Assembly: GCA_964035545.1 (NCBI GenBank)
Contig: CAXIUT010000183.1
Coordinates: 124,001 to 188,000 of the forward strand
Source of the DNA: Bugula neritina
Taxonomy: Eukaryota > Animalia > Bryozoa
Reading direction: 5' to 3'
DNA length: 64,000 bases
Shown: piece by piece, positions 14,216 to 32,200 of the stretch
How the letters are laid out: every line of letters begins with the position of its first letter
Numbering within the stretch: position 1 is the stretch's first letter
Translations under genes and position numbers: made by a program
Notes under the pieces: model-generated
Database searches by the model: none
What the model was told of the DNA's origin: nothing
The model's input: the letters and a program-made list of their open reading frames with translations, nothing else

Positions 14216-17200
14216 TATTGAAATACACTGCAACACATTGAAATATATTGCAACATACCTAAATATACGGTAATATACCGAAAAAAAAACTGTAACAGAT
14301 TGAAAAATTCTGCAACATACTGAAATAAACTGCAACACACTGAAATACAGCGCAAAATACTACAACATACTGAAATACACTGTAACATATTGAAATACAC
14401 TGCAACACTTTGAAATATACTGCAACATACCGAAATATATGGTAAACTACTAAAATATACTGTAACACTTTGAGAAATAGTGCAACACACTGAAATATAC
14501 TCTGACACATTGCAATATACTGTAACATACTGAAATATGCTGTAGCACACTGAAATACATTGCAACTCACTGAAATATACTGCAACATACTGAAATACAC
14601 TGTAACATATTGAAAAATACTGCAACATACTGCAACATACTGAAATACACTGTAACATACTGAAATACATTGCAAAATACTACAACATACTGAAATACAC
14701 TGTAACACATTGGAATATACTACAACATACCTAAATATCCGGTAATATACTGAAATATACTGTAACACATTGAGAAATACTGCAACATACTGAAATACAC
14801 TGCGACCCACTGAAATACATCGCAAAATACTACAACATACTGAAATGCACTGTAACATATTGAAATACACTGCAACACATTGAAATATACTGCAACCTAC
14901 AGAAATAGGTGGTAAACTACTGAAATATACTGTAACACATTGAAAAATACTGCAACATACTGAAATGTACTGCAACATACTGAAATACACTGCTAGATAC
15001 TGAAATGTACTGCAACATACTGCAACATTCTGAAATACACTGTAACATACTGAAATACCCTACAACAAACCACAACATATTGAAATACACTGCAACACAT
15101 TGAAATAGACTGCAACCTACCTAAATATACGGTAATATACCGAAAAAAAAACTGTAACAGATTGAAAAATTCTGCAACATACTGAAATAAACTTCAACAC
15201 ACTGAAATACACCGCAAAATACTACAACATACTGAAATACACTGTAACATATTGAAATACACTGCAACACTTTGAAATATACTGCAACATACCGAAATAT
15301 ATGGTAAACTACTAAAATATACTGTAACACTTTGAAAAATAGTGCAACATACTGAAATATACTGCGACACTTTGCAATGTACTGTAACATACTGAAATAT
15401 GCTGTAGCACACTGAAATACACTGCAACTCACTGAAATATACTGCAACATATTGAAATACACTGCAACATCCTACAACATGCTAAAATACACTGTAACAT
15501 ATTGAAATACACTACAACACATTAAAATATACTGCAACATACCGGAATATATGGTAAACTACTGAAATATACTGTAACGCACTGAAAAATACTGCAACAT
15601 ACTGAAATATACTGCGACACATTGCAATATACTGCAACATACCAAAATATATGGTAAACTACTGAAATATACTTTAACACATTGAAAAATACTGCAACAT
15701 ACTGAAATATACTGTAACACACTGAAATATACTGCAACAAACTGAAATACACTGTAACATACTGAAATAAACTGCAACATACCAAAATATATGGTAAACT
15801 ACTGAAATATACTTTAACACATTGAAAAATACTGCAACATACTAAAATATACTGTAACACACTGCAAGATACTGCAACATACCGAAATACACTGTAACAT
15901 ACTGAAACACACTGCAACATACTGCATTATACTGACATACACTGGAACATATTGAAATACACTGCAACATCCTACAACATGCTGAAATACACTGTAACAT
16001 ATTGAAATACACTGCAACACAATGAAATATACTGCAACATACCAAAATATATGGTAAACTACTGAAATATACTTTAACACATTGAAAAATACTGCAATAT
16101 ACTGAAATATACTGTAACACACTGAAATATACTTCAACATACTGAAATACACTGTAACATACTGAAATAAACTGCAACATACTGAAATACACTGCAACAT
16201 CCTACAACATACTGAATTACACTGTAACATATTGAAATACACTGCAACACATTGAAAAATACTGCAACATACCGAAATATATGGTAAACTATTGAATTAT
16301 ACTGTAACACATTGAAAAATACTGAAACACACTGAAATTTACTCTGACACAATGCAATATACTGTAACATACTGAAATATGCTGTAGCACACTGAAATAC
16401 ACTGCAACTCACTGAAATATACTGCAACATACTGAAAAACACTGTAACATATTGAAACATACTGCAACATACTACAACATATTGAAATACACTGCAACAC
16501 ATTGAAATATACTGCAACATACCTAAATATCCGGTAATATACTGAAATATACTGTAACACATTGAAAAATATTGCAACATACTGAAATACACTGCAACCC
16601 ACTGAAATACATCGCAAAAGACTACAACATACTGAAATATACTGTAACACACTGAAATATACTGCAACATACTGAAATACACTGAAACATACTGAAATAA
16701 ACTGCAATATACCAAAATATATGGTAAACTACTGAAATATACTGTAACACACTGAAAAATACTGCAACATACTGAAATATACTGCGACACATTGCAATAT
16801 ACTGCAACATACCAAAATATATGGTAAACTACTGAAATATACTTTAACACATTGAAAATTACTGCAACATACTGAAATATACTGTAACACACTGAAATAT
16901 CCTGCAACAAACTGAAATACACTGTAACATATTGAAATAAACTGCAACATACCAAAATATATGGTAAACTACTGAAATATACTTTAACACATTGAAAAAT
17001 ACTGCAACATACTAAAATATACCGTAACACACTGCAAGATACTGCAACATACCGAAATACACTGTAACATACTGAAACACACTGCAACATACTGCATTAT
17101 ACTGACTAACACTGGAACATATTGAAATACACTGCAACATCCTACAACATGCTGAAATACACTGTAACATATTGAAATACACTGCAACACAATGAAATAC

Positions 17201-20200
17201 ACTGCAACATACCAAAATATATGGTAAACTACTGAAATATACTTTAACACATTGAAAAATACTGCAACATACTGAAATATACTGTAACACACTGAAATAT
17301 ACTGCAACATACTGAAATACACTGTAACATACTGAAATAAACTGTAACATACTGAAATACACTGCAACATCCTACAACATACTGAATTACACTGTAACAT
17401 TGTGAAATACACTGCAACACATTGAAAAATACTGCAACATACCGAAATATACGGTAAACTATTGAATTATACTGTAACACATTGAAAAATACTGAAACAC
17501 ACTGAAATATACTCTGACACAATGCAATATACTGTAACATACAGAAATATGCTGTAGCACACTGAAATACACTGCAACTCACTGAAATATACTACAACAT
17601 ACTGAAAAACACTGTAACATATTGAAACATACTGCAACATACTACAACATATTGAAATACACTGCAACACATTGAAATATACTGCAACATACCTAAATAT
17701 CCGGTAATATACTGAAATATACTGTAACACATTGAAAAATACTACAACATACTGAAATACACTGTAACATATTGAAATACACTGCAACATACTGAAACAA
17801 ACTGCGACACATTGCAATATACAGTAACATACATAAACATGCTGTAGCACACTGAAATAGACTGCAGCTCACTGAAATATACTGCAACATACTGAAATAT
17901 ACTGCGAGACATTGCAATATACTGCAACATACCAAAATATATGGTAAACTACTGAAATATACTTTAACACATTGAAAAATACTGCAACATACTGAAATAT
18001 ACTGTAACACACTGAAATATACTGCAACAAACTGAAATACACTGTAACATACTGAAATAAACTGCAACATACCAAAATATATGGTAAACTACTGAAATAT
18101 ACTTTAACACATTGAAAAATACTGCAACATACTAAAATATACTGTAACACACTGCAAGATACTGCAACATACCGAAATACACTGTAACATACTGAAACAC
18201 ACTGCAACATACTGCATTATACTGACATACACTGGAACATATTGAAATACACTGCAACATCCTACAACATGCTGAAATACACTGTAACATATTGAAATAC
18301 ACTGCAACACAATGAAATATACTGCAACATACCAAAATATATGGTAAACTACTGAAATATACTTTAACACATTGAAAAATACTGCAATATACTGAAATAT
18401 ACTGTAACACACTGAAATATACTGCAACATACTGAAATACACTGTAACATACTGAAATAAACTGCAACATACTGAAATACACTGCAAGATCCTACAACAT
18501 GCTGAAATACACTGTAACATATTGAAGTACACTGCAACACAATGAAATATACTGCAACATACCAAAATATATGGTAAACTACTGAAATATACTTTAACAC
18601 ATTGAAAAATACTGCAATATACTGAAATATACTGTAACACACTGAAATATACTGCAACATACTGAAAAACACTGTAACATATTGAAACATACTGCAACAT
18701 ACTACAACATATTGAAATACACTGCAACACATTGAAATATACTGCAACATACCTAAATATCCGGTAATATACTGAAATATACTGTAACACATTGAAAAAT
18801 ATTGCAACATACTGAAATACACTGCAACCCACTGAAATACTTCGCAAAAGACTACAACATACTGAAATATACTGTAACACACTGAAATATACTGCAACAT
18901 ACTGAAATACACTGAAACATACTGAAATAAACTGCAATATACCAAAATATATGGTAAACTACTGAAATATACTGTAACACACTGAAAAATACTGCAACAT
19001 ACTGAAATATACTGCGACACATTGCAATATACTGCAACATACCAAAATATATGGTAAACTACTGAAATATACTTTAACACATTGAAAATTACTGCAACAT
19101 ACTGAAATATACTGTAACACACTGAAATATCCTGCAACAAACTGAAATACACTGTAACATATTGAAATAAACTGCAACATACCAAAATATATGGTAAACT
19201 ACTGAAATATACTTTAACACATTGAAAAATACTGCAACATACTAAAATATACCGTAACACACTGCAAGATACTGCAACATACCGAAATACACTGTAACAT
19301 ACTGAAACACACTGCAACATACTGCATTATACTGACTAACACTGGAACATATTGAAATACACTGCAACATCCTACAACATGCTGAAATACACTGTAACAT
19401 ATTGAAATACACTGCAACACAATGAAATACACTGCAACATACCAAAATATATGGTAAACTACTGAAATATACTTTAACACATTGAAAAATACTGCAACAT
19501 ACTGAAATATACTGTAACACACTGAAATGTACTGCAACATACTGAAATACACTGTAACATACTGAAATAAACTGTAACATACTGAAATACACTGCAACAT
19601 CCTACAACATACTGAATTACACTGTAACATTGTGAAATACACTGCAACACATTGAAAAATACTGCAACATACCGAAATATACGGTAAACTATTGAATTAT
19701 ACTGTAACACATTGAAAAATACTGAAACACACTGAAATATACTCTGACACAATGCAATATACTGTAACATACTGAAATATGCTGTAGCACACTGAAATAC
19801 ACTGCGACTCACTGAAATAGACTACAACATACTGAAAAACACTGTAACATATTGAAACATACTGCAACATACTACAACATATTGAAATACACTGCAACAC
19901 ATTGAAATATACTGCAACATACCTAAATATCCGGTAATATACTGAAATATACTGTAACACATTGAAAAATACTACAACATACTGAAATACACTGTAACAT
20001 ATTGAAATACACTGCAACACATTGAAATATACTGCAACCTATAGAAATATATGGTAAACTACTGAAATATACTGTAACACATTGAAAAATACTGCAACCT
20101 ACTGAAACATACTGCGACACATTGCAATATACAGTAACATACTGAAACATGCTGTAGCACACTGAAATAGACTGCGGCTCACTGAAATATACTGCAACAT

Positions 20201-23200
20201 ACTGAAATACACTGCTACATACTGAAATATACTGCAACATACTGCAACATACTGAAATACACTGTAACATACTGAAATACACTGCAACAAACTACAACAT
20301 ATTGAAATACACTGCAACACATTGAAATATATTGCAACATACCTAAATATACGGTAATATACCGAAAAAAAAACTGTAACAGATTGAAAAATTCTGCAAC
20401 ATACTGAAATAAACTGCAACACACTGAAATACAGCGCAAAATACTACAACATACTGAAATACACTGTAACATATTGAAATACACTGCAACACTTTGAAAT
20501 ATACTGCAACATACCGAAATATATGGTAAACTACTAAAATATACTGTAACACTTTGAGAAATAGTGCAACACACTGAAATATACTCTGACACATTGCAAT
20601 ATACTGTAACATACTGAAATATGCTGTAGCACACTGAAATACATTGCAACTCACTGAAATATACTGCAACATACTGAAATACACTGTAACATATTGAAAA
20701 ATACTGCAACATACTGCAACATACTGAAATACACTGTAACATACTGAAATACATTGCAAAATACTACAACATACTGAAATACACTGTAACACATTGGAAT
20801 ATACTACAACATACCTAAATATCCGGTAATATACTGAAATATACTGTAACACATTGAGAAATACTGCAACATACTGAAATACACTGCGACCCACTGAAAT
20901 ACATCGCAAAATACTACAACATACTGAAATGCACTGTAACATATTGAAATACACTGCAACACATTGAAATATACTGCAACCTACAGAAATAGGTGGTAAA
21001 CTACTGAAATATACTGTAACACATTGAAAAATACTGCAACATACTGAAATGTACTGCAACATACTGAAATACACTGCTAGATACTGAAATGTACTGCAAC
21101 ATACTGCAACATTCTGAAATACACTGTAACATACTGAAATACCCTACAACAAACCACAACATATTGAAATACACTGCAACACATTGAAATAGACTGCAAC
21201 CTACCTAAATATACGGTAATATACCGAAAAAAAAACTGTAACAGATTGAAAAATTCTGCAACATACTGAAATAAACTTCAACACACTGAAATACACCGCA
21301 AAATACTACAACATACTGAAATACACTGTAACATATTGAAATACGCTGCAACACTTTGAAATATACTGCAACATACCGAAATATATGGTAAACTACTAAA
21401 ATATACTGTAACACTTTGAAAAATAGTGCAACATACTGAAATATACTGCGACACTTTGCAATGTACTGTAACATACTGAAATATGCTGTAGCACACTGAA
21501 ATACACTGCAACTCACTGAAATATACTGCAACATATTGAAATACACTGCAACATCCTACAACATGCTAAAATACACTGTAACATATTGAAATACACTACA
21601 ACACATTAAAATATACTGCAACATACCGGAATATATGGTAAACTACTGAAATATACTGTAACGCACTGAAAAATACTGCAACATACTGAAATATACTGCG
21701 ACACATTGCAATATACTGCAACATACCAAAATATATGGTAAACTACTGAAATATACTTTAACACATTGAAAAATACTGCAACATACTGAAATATACTGTA
21801 ACACACTGAAATATACTGCAACAAACTGAAATACACTGTAACATACTGAAATAAACTGCAACATACCAAAATATATGGTAAACTACTGAAATATACTTTA
21901 ACACATTGAAAAATACTGCAACATACTAAAATATACTGTAACACACTGCAAGATACTGCAACATACCGAAATACACTGTAACATACTGAAACACACTGCA
22001 ACATACTGCATTATACTGACATACACTGGAACATATTGAAATACACTGCAACATCCTACAACATGCTGAAATACACTGTAACATATTGAAATACACTGCA
22101 ACACAATGAAATATACTGCAACATACCAAAATATATGGTAAACTACTGAAATATACTTTAACACATTGAAAAATACTGCAATATACTGAAATATACTGTA
22201 ACACACTGAAATATACTTCAACATACTGAAATACACTGTAACATACTGAAATAAACTGCAACATACTGAAATACACTGCAACATCCTACAACATACTGAA
22301 TTACACTGTAACATATTGAAATACACTGCAACACATTGAAAAATACTGCAACATACCGAAATATATGGTAAACTATTGAATTATACTGTAACACATTGAA
22401 AAATACTGAAACACACTGAAATTTACTCTGACACAATGCAATATACTGTAACATACTGAAATATGCTGTAGCACACTGAAATACACTGCAACTCACTGAA
22501 ATATACTGCAACATACTGAAAAACACTGTAACATATTGAAACATACTGCAACATACTACAACATATTGAAATACACTGCAACACATTGAAATATACTGCA
22601 ACATACCTAAATATCCGGTAATATACTGAAATATACTGTAACACATTGAAAAATATTGCAACATACTGAAATACACTGCAACCCACTGAAATACATCGCA
22701 AAAGACTACAACATACTGAAATATACTGTAACACACTGAAATATACTGCAACATACTGAAATACACTGAAACATACTGAAATAAACTGCAATATACCAAA
22801 ATATATGGTAAACTACTGAAATATACTGTAACACACTGAAAAATACTGCAACATACTGAAATATACTGCGACACATTGCAATATACTGCAACATACCAAA
22901 ATATATGGTAAACTACTGAAATATACTTTAACACATTGAAAATTACTGCAACATACTGAAATATACTGTAACACACTGAAATATCCTGCAACAAACTGAA
23001 ATACACTGTAACATATTGAAATAAACTGCAACATACCAAAATATATGGTAAACTACTGAAATATACTTTAACACATTGAAAAATACTGCAACATACTAAA
23101 ATATACCGTAACACACTGCAAGATACTGCAACATACCGAAATACACTGTAACATACTGAAACACACTGCAACATACTGCATTATACTGACTAACACTGGA

Positions 23201-23974
23201 ACATATTGAAATACACTGCAACATCCTACAACATGCTGAAATACACTGTAACATATTGAAATACACTGCAACACAATGAAATACACTGCAACATACCAAA
23301 ATATATGGTAAACTACTGAAATATACTTTAACACATTGAAAAATACTGCAACATACTGAAATATACTGTAACACACTGAAATATACTGCAACATACTGAA
23401 ATACACTGTAACATACTGAAATAAACTGTAACATACTGAAATACACTGCAACATCCTACAACATACTGAATTACACTGTAACATTGTGAAATACACTGCA
23501 ACACATTGAAAAATACTGCAACATACCGAAATATACGGTAAACTATTGAATTATACTGTAACACATTGAAAAATACTGAAACACACTGAAATATACTCTG
23601 ACACAATGCAATATACTGTAACATACAGAAATATGCTGTAGCACACTGAAATACACTGCAACTCACTGAAATATACTACAACATACTGAAAAACACTGTA
23701 ACATATTGAAACATACTGCAACATACTACAACATATTGAAATACACTGCAACACATTGAAATATACTGCAACATACCTAAATATCCGGTAATATACTGAA
23801 ATATACTGTAACACATTGAAAAATACTACAACATACTGAAATACACTGTAACATATTGAAATACACTGCAACATACTGAAACAAACTGCGACACATTGCA
23901 ATATACAGTAACATACATAAACATGCTGTAGCACACTGAAATAGACTGCAGCTCACTGAAATATACTGCAACAT
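11797..23974 (+). repeat. Head-to-tail tandem duplication, period 6,084 bp, near-identical
   Basis: A9 tracts at 14281/20365 and 15143/21227. Junction marked by actgcgagac at 11817/17901. Shared rare variants include caagatccta, ttcgcaaaag, gcggctc, attaaaatat, taacgcactg and acataaacat. Confidence 0.95.
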
Positions 23975-25399
23975 ACTGAAATACACTGCTACATACTGAA
24001 ATATACTGCAACATACTGCAACATACTGAAATACACTGTAACATACTGCAATACACAGCAACAAACTACAACATATTGAAATACACTGCAACACATTGAA
24101 ATATACTGCAACATACCTAAATATACGGTAATATACCGAAAAAAAAACTGTAACAGATTGAAAAATTCTGCAACATACTGAAATAAACTGCAACACACTA
24201 AAATACAGCGCAAAATACTACAACATACTGAAATACACTGTAACATATTGAAATACACTGCAACACTTTGAAATATACTGCAACATACCGAAATATATGG
24301 TAAACTACTAAAATATACTGTAACACTTTGAGAAATAGTGCAACACACTGAAATATACTCTGACACATTGCAATATACTGTAACATACTGAAATATGCTG
24401 TAGCACACTGAAATACATTGCAACTCACTGAAATATACTGCAACATACTGAAATACACTGTAACATATTGAAAAATACTGCAACATACTGCAACATACTG
24501 AAATACACTGTAACATACTGAAATACATTGCAAAATACTACAACATACTGAAATACACTGTAACACATTGGAATATACTACAACATACCTAAATATCCGG
24601 TAATATACTGAAATATACTGTAACACATTGAAAAATACTGCAACATACTGAAATACACTGCGACCCACTGAAATACATCGCAAAATACTACAACATACTG
24701 AAATACACTGTAACATATTGAAATACACTGCAACACACTCAAATATACTGCAACCTACAGAAATAGGTGGTAAACTACTGAAATATACTGTAACACATTG
24801 AAAAATACTGCAACATACTGAGATATACTGCGACACATTGCAATATACTGTAACATATTGAAATATGCTCTAGCACACTGAAATACACTGCAACCCACTG
24901 AAATATACTGCAACATACGGAAATACACTGCAACACATTGAAATACACTGCAACATACCAAAATAAATGGTAAACTACTGAAATATACTTTAACACATTG
25001 AAAAATACTGCAACATACTGAAATATACTGTAACACACTGAAATATACTGCAACATACTGAAATACACTGTAACATACTGAAATAAACTGCAACATACTG
25101 AAGTACACTGCAACATCCTACAACATACTGAAATACAATGTAACATATTGAAACACACTGCAACACATTGAAATATACTGCAATGTACCGAATTATATGG
25201 TGGACTACTGAAATAAACTGTAACACATTGCAATATACTGTAACATACTGAAATATGCTGTAGCACACTGAAATACACTGCAACTCACTGAAATATACTG
25301 CAACATACTGAAATACACTGCAACACATTGAAATATACTGCAACCTACAGAAATAGGTGGTAAACTACTGAAATATACTGTAACACATTGAAAAATACT

Positions 25400-26189
25400 G
25401 CAACATACTGAAATATACTGCGACACATTGTAATATACTGTAACATACTGAAACATACTGTAGAACACTGAAATAGACTGCAGCTCACTGAAATATACTG
25501 CATTATACTGAAATTCACTGCAGCATCCTACAACATGCTGAAATACACTGTAACATATTGAAATACACTGCAACACAATGAAATATACTGCAACATACCG
25601 AAATATATGGTAAACTAATGAAATACACTGTAACACATTGAAAAATACTGCAACATACTGAAATATACTGTAACACACTGAAATATACTGCAACATACTG
25701 AAATACACTGTAACATACTGAGATAAACTGCAACATACGAAAATATATGGTAAACTACTGAAATATAATTTAACACATTGAAAAATCCTGCAACATACTG
25801 AAATATACTGCGACACATTGTAATATACTGTAACATACTGAAACATACTGTAGAACACTGAAATAGACTGCAGCTCACTGAAATATACTGCATTATACTG
25901 AAATTCACTGCAGCATCCTACAACATGCTGAAATACACTGTAACATATTGAAATACACTGCAACACAATGAAATATACTGCAACATACCGAAATATATGG
26001 TAAACTAATGAAATACACTGTAACACATTGAAAAATACTGCAACATACTGAAATATACTGTAACACACTGAAATATACTGCAACATACTGAAATACACTG
26101 TAACATACTGAGATAAACTGCAACATACGAAAATATATGGTAAACTACTGAAATATAATTTAACACATTGAAAAATCCTGCAACATACT
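25400..26189 (+). repeat. 390-bp direct tandem duplication
   Basis: aaatatactgcgacacattgtaat at 25411 and 25801; identical ORFs at 25515/25905. Confidence 0.9.
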
Positions 26190-26229
26190 AAAATATACTG
26201 TAACACACTGCAAGATACTGCAACATACC

Positions 26230-29200
26230 GAAATACACTGTAACATAGTGAAACACACTGCAACATACTGCATTATACTGACATACACTGGAACATATTG
26301 AAATACACTGCAACATCCTACAACATGGTGAAATACACTGTAACATATTGAAATACACTGCAACAGATTGAAAAATACTGCAACATACAGAAATATATGG
26401 TAAACTATTGAATTATACTGTAACACATTGAAAAATACTGAAACACACTGAAATATACTTTGACACAATGCAAAATACTGTAACATACTGAAATATGCTG
26501 TAGCACACTGAAATACACTGCAACTCACTGAAATATACTGCAACATACTGAAAAACACTGTAACATATTGAGACATACTGCAACATACTGCAACATTCTG
26601 AAATATACTGTAACATACTGAAATACATTGCAAAATACTGCAACATATTGAAATACACTGCAACACATTGAAATATACTGCAACATACCTAAATATCCGG
26701 TAATATACTGAAATATACTGTAACACATTGAAAAATACTGCAACATACTGAAATACACTGCAACGCACTGAAATACATCGCAAAAGACTACAACATACTG
26801 AAATACACTGTAACATATTGATATACACTGCAACACATTGAAATATACTGCAACCTATAGAAATATATGTTAAACTACTGAAATATACTGTAACACATTG
26901 AAAAATACTGCAACATACTGAAACATACTGCGACACATTGCAATATACTGTAACATACTGAAACATGCTGTAGCACACTGAAATAGACTGCAGCTCACTG
27001 AAATATACTGCAACATACTGAAATTCACTGCAGCATCCTACAACATGCTGAAATACACTGTAACATATTGAAATACACTGCAACACATTGAAATATACTG
27101 CAACATACTGAAATATACTGTAACACACTGAAACATACTGCAACATACTGAAATACACTGCTACATACTGAAATATACTGCAACATACTGCCACATACTG
27201 AAGTACACTGTAACATACTGAAACACACTGCAACATACTGCATTATACTGACTAACACTGGAACATATTGAAATACACTGCAACATCCTACAACATGCTG
27301 AAATACACTGTAACATATTGAAATACACTGCAACACAATGAAATACACTGCAACATACCAAAATATATGGTAAACTACTGAAATATACTTTAACACATTG
27401 AAAAATACTGCAACATACTGAAATATACTGTAACACACTGAAATGTACTGCAACATACTGAAATACACTGTAACATACTGAAATAAACTGTAACATACTG
27501 AAATACACTGCAACATCCTACAACATACTGAATTACACTGTAACATTGTGAAATACACTGCAACACATTGAAAAATACTGCAACATACCGAAATATACGG
27601 TAAACTATTGAATTATACTGTAACACATTGAAAAATACTGAAACACACTGAAATATACTCTGACACAATGCAATATACTGTAACATACTGAAATATGCTG
27701 TAGCACACTGAAATACACTGCGACTCACTGAAATATACTACAACATACTGAAAAACACTGTAACATATTGAAACATACTGCAACATACTACAACATATTG
27801 AAATACACTGCAACACATTGAAATATACTGCAACATACCTAAATATCCGGTAATATACTGAAATATACTGTAACACATTGAAAAATACTACAACATACTG
27901 AAATACACTGTAACATATTGAAATACACTGCAACACATTGAAATATACTGCAACCTATAAAAATATATGGTAAGCTACTGAAATATACTGTAACACATTG
28001 AAAAATACTGCAACATACTGAAACATACTGCGACACTATGCAATATACAGTAACATACTGAAACATGCTGTAGCACACTGAAATAGACTGCAGCTCACTG
28101 AAATATACTGCAACATACTGAAATACACTGTAACATACTGAAATATACTGCAACATACTGCAACATACTGAAATACACTGCAACATACTGAAATACACTG
28201 CAACAAACTACAACATATTGAAATACACTGCAACACATTGAAATATACTGCAACATACCTAAATATACGGTAATATACCAAAAAAAAAACTGTAACAGAT
28301 TGAAAAATTCTGCAACATACTGAAATAAACTGCAACACACTGAAATACAGCGCAAAATACTACAACATACTGAAATACACTGTAACATATTGAAATACAC
28401 TGCAACACTTTGAAATATACTGCAACATACCGAAATATATGGTAAACTACTAAAATATACTGTAACACTTTGAGAAATAGTGCAACACACTGAAATATAC
28501 TCTGACACATTGCAATATACTGTAACATACTGAAATATGCTGTAGCACACTGAAATACATTGCAACTCACTGAAATATACTGCAACATACTGAAATACAC
28601 TGTAACATATTGAAAAATACTGCAACATACTGCAACATACTGAAATACACTGTAACATACTGAAATACATTGCAACAAACTACAACATATTGAAATCCAC
28701 TGCAACACATTGAAAGACACTGCAACACATTGAAATATACTGCAACATACCAAAATATATGGTAAACTGCTGAAATATACTTTAACACATTGAAAAACAC
28801 TGCAACATACTGAAATATACTGTAACACACTGAAATATACTGCAACATACTGAAATACACTGCTAGATACTGAAATGTACTGCAACATACTGCAACATTC
28901 TGAAATACACTGTAACATACTGAAATACACTGCAACAAACCACAACATATTGAAATACACTGCAACACATTGAAATAGACTGCAACCTACCTAAATATAC
29001 GGTAATATACCGAAAAAAAAACTGTAACAGATTGAAAAATTCTGCAACATACTGAAATAAACTGCAACACACTGAAATACACCGCAAAATACTACAACAT
29101 ACTGAAATACACTGTAACATATTGAAATACACCGCAACACTTTGAAATATACTGCAACATACCGAAATATATGGTAAACTACTAAAATATACTGTAACAC

Positions 29201-32200
29201 TTTGAAAAATAGTGCAACATACTGAAATATACTGCGACACATTGCAATATACTACAACATACCAAAATATATGGTAAACTACTGAAATATACTTTAACAC
29301 ATTGAAAAATACTGCAACATACTGAAATATACTGTAACACACTGAAATATACTGCAACAAACTGAAATACACTGTAACATACTGAAATAAACTGCAACAT
29401 ACCAAAATATATGGTAAACTACTGAAATATACTTTAACACATTGAAAAATACTGCAACATACTAAAATATACTGTAACACACTGCAAGATACTGCAACAT
29501 ACCGAAATACACTGTAACATACTGAAACACACTGCAACATACTGCATTATACTGACATACACTGGAACATATTGAAATACACTGCAACATCCTACAACAT
29601 GCTGAAATACACTGTAACATATTGAAATACACTGCAACACAATGAAATATACTGCAACATACCAAAATATATGGTAAACTACTGAAATATACTTTAACAC
29701 ATTGAAAAATACTGCAATATACTGAAATATACTGTAACACACTGAAATATACTGCAACATACTGAAATACACTGTAACATAGTGAAACACACTGCAACAT
29801 ACTGCATTATACTGACATACACTGGAACATATTGAAATACACTGCAACATCCTACAACATGGTGAAATACACTGTAACATATTGAAATACACTGCAACAG
29901 ATTGAAAAATACTGCAACATACAGAAATATATGGTAAACTATTGAATTATACTGTAACACATTGAAAAATACTGAAACACACTGAAATATACTTTGACAC
30001 AATGCAAAATACTGTAACATACTGAAATATGCTGTAGCACACTGAAATACACTGCAACTCACTGAAATATACTGCAACATACTGAAAAACACTGTAACAT
30101 ATTGAGACATACTGCAACATACTGCAACATTCTGAAATATACTGTAACATACTGAAATACATTGCAAAATACTGCAACATATTGAAATACACTGCAACAC
30201 ATTGAAATATACTGCAACATACCTAAATATCCGGTAATATACTGAAATATACTGTAACACATTGAAAAATACTGCAACATACTGAAATACACTGCAACGC
30301 ACTGAAATACATCGCAAAAGACTACAACATACTGAAATACACTGTGACATAATGATATACACTGCAACACATTGAAATATACTGCAACCTATAGAAATAT
30401 ATGTTAAACTACTGAAATATACTGTAACACATTGAAAAATACTGCAACATACTGAAACATACTGCGACACATTGCAATATACTGTAACATACTGAAACAT
30501 GCTGTAGCACACTGAAATAGACTGCAGCTCACTGAAATATACTGCAACATACTGAAATTCACTGCAGCATCCTACAACATGCTGAAATACACTGTAACAT
30601 ATTGAAATACACTGCAACACATTGAAATATACTGCAACATACTGAAATATACTGTAACACACTGAAACATACTGCAACATACTGAAATACACTGCTACAT
30701 ACTGAAATATACTGCAACATACTGCCACATACTGAAATACACTGTAACATACTGAAACACACTGCAACATGCTGCATTATACTGACTAACACTGGAACAT
30801 ATTGAAATACACTGCAACATCCTACAACATGCTGAAATACACTGTAACATATTGAAATACACTGCAACACAATGAAATACACTGCAACATACCAAAATAT
30901 ATGGTAAACTACTGAAATATACTTTAACACATTGAAAAATACTGCAACATACTGAAATATACTGTAACACACTGAAATGTACTGCAACATACTGAAATAC
31001 ACTGTAACATACTGAAATAAACTGTAACATACTGAAATACACTGCAACATCCTACAACATACTGAATTACACTGTAACATTGTGAAATACACTGCAACAC
31101 ATTGAAAAATACTGCAACATACCGAAATATACGGTAAACTATTGAATTATACTGTAACACATTGAAAAATACTGAAACACACTGAAATATACTCTGACAC
31201 AATGCAATATACTGTAACATACTGAAATATGCTGTAGCACACTGAAATACACTGCAACTCACTGAAATATACTACAACATACTGAAAAACACTGTAACAT
31301 ATTGAAACATACTGCAACATACTACAACATATTGAAATACACTGCAACACATTGAAATATACTGCAACATACCTAAATATCCGGTAATATACTGAAATAT
31401 ACTGTAACACATTGAAAAATACTACAACATACTGAAATACACTGTAACATATTGAAATACACTGCAACACATTGAAATATACTGCAACCTATAGAAATAT
31501 ATGGTAAGCTACTGAAATATACTGTAACACATTGAAAAATACTGCAACATACTGAAACATACTGCGACACATTGCAATATACAGTAACATACTGAAACAT
31601 GCTGTAGCACACTGAAATAGACTGCAGCTCACTGAAATATACTGCAACATACTGAAATACACTGTAACATACTGAAATATACTGCAACATACTGCAACAT
31701 ACTGAAATACACTGCAACATACTGAAATACACTGCAACAAACTACAACATATTGAAATACACTGCAACACATTGAAATATACTGCAACATACCTAAATAT
31801 ACGGTAATATACCGAAAAAAAAACTGTAACAGATTGAAAAATTCTGCAACATACTGAAATAAACTGCAACACACTGAAATACAGCGCAAAATACTACAAC
31901 ATACTGAAATACACTGTAACATATTGAAATACACTGCAACACTTTGAAATATACTGCAACATACCGAAATATATGGTAAACTACTAAAATATACTGTAAC
32001 ACTTTGAGAAATAGTGCAACACACTGAAATATACTCTGACACATTGCAATATACTGTAACATACTGAAATATGCTGTAGCACACTGAAATACATTGCAAC
32101 TCACTGAAATATACTGCAACATACTGAAATACACTGTAACATATTGAAAAATACTGCAACATACTGCAACATACTGAAATACACTGTAACATACTGAAAT

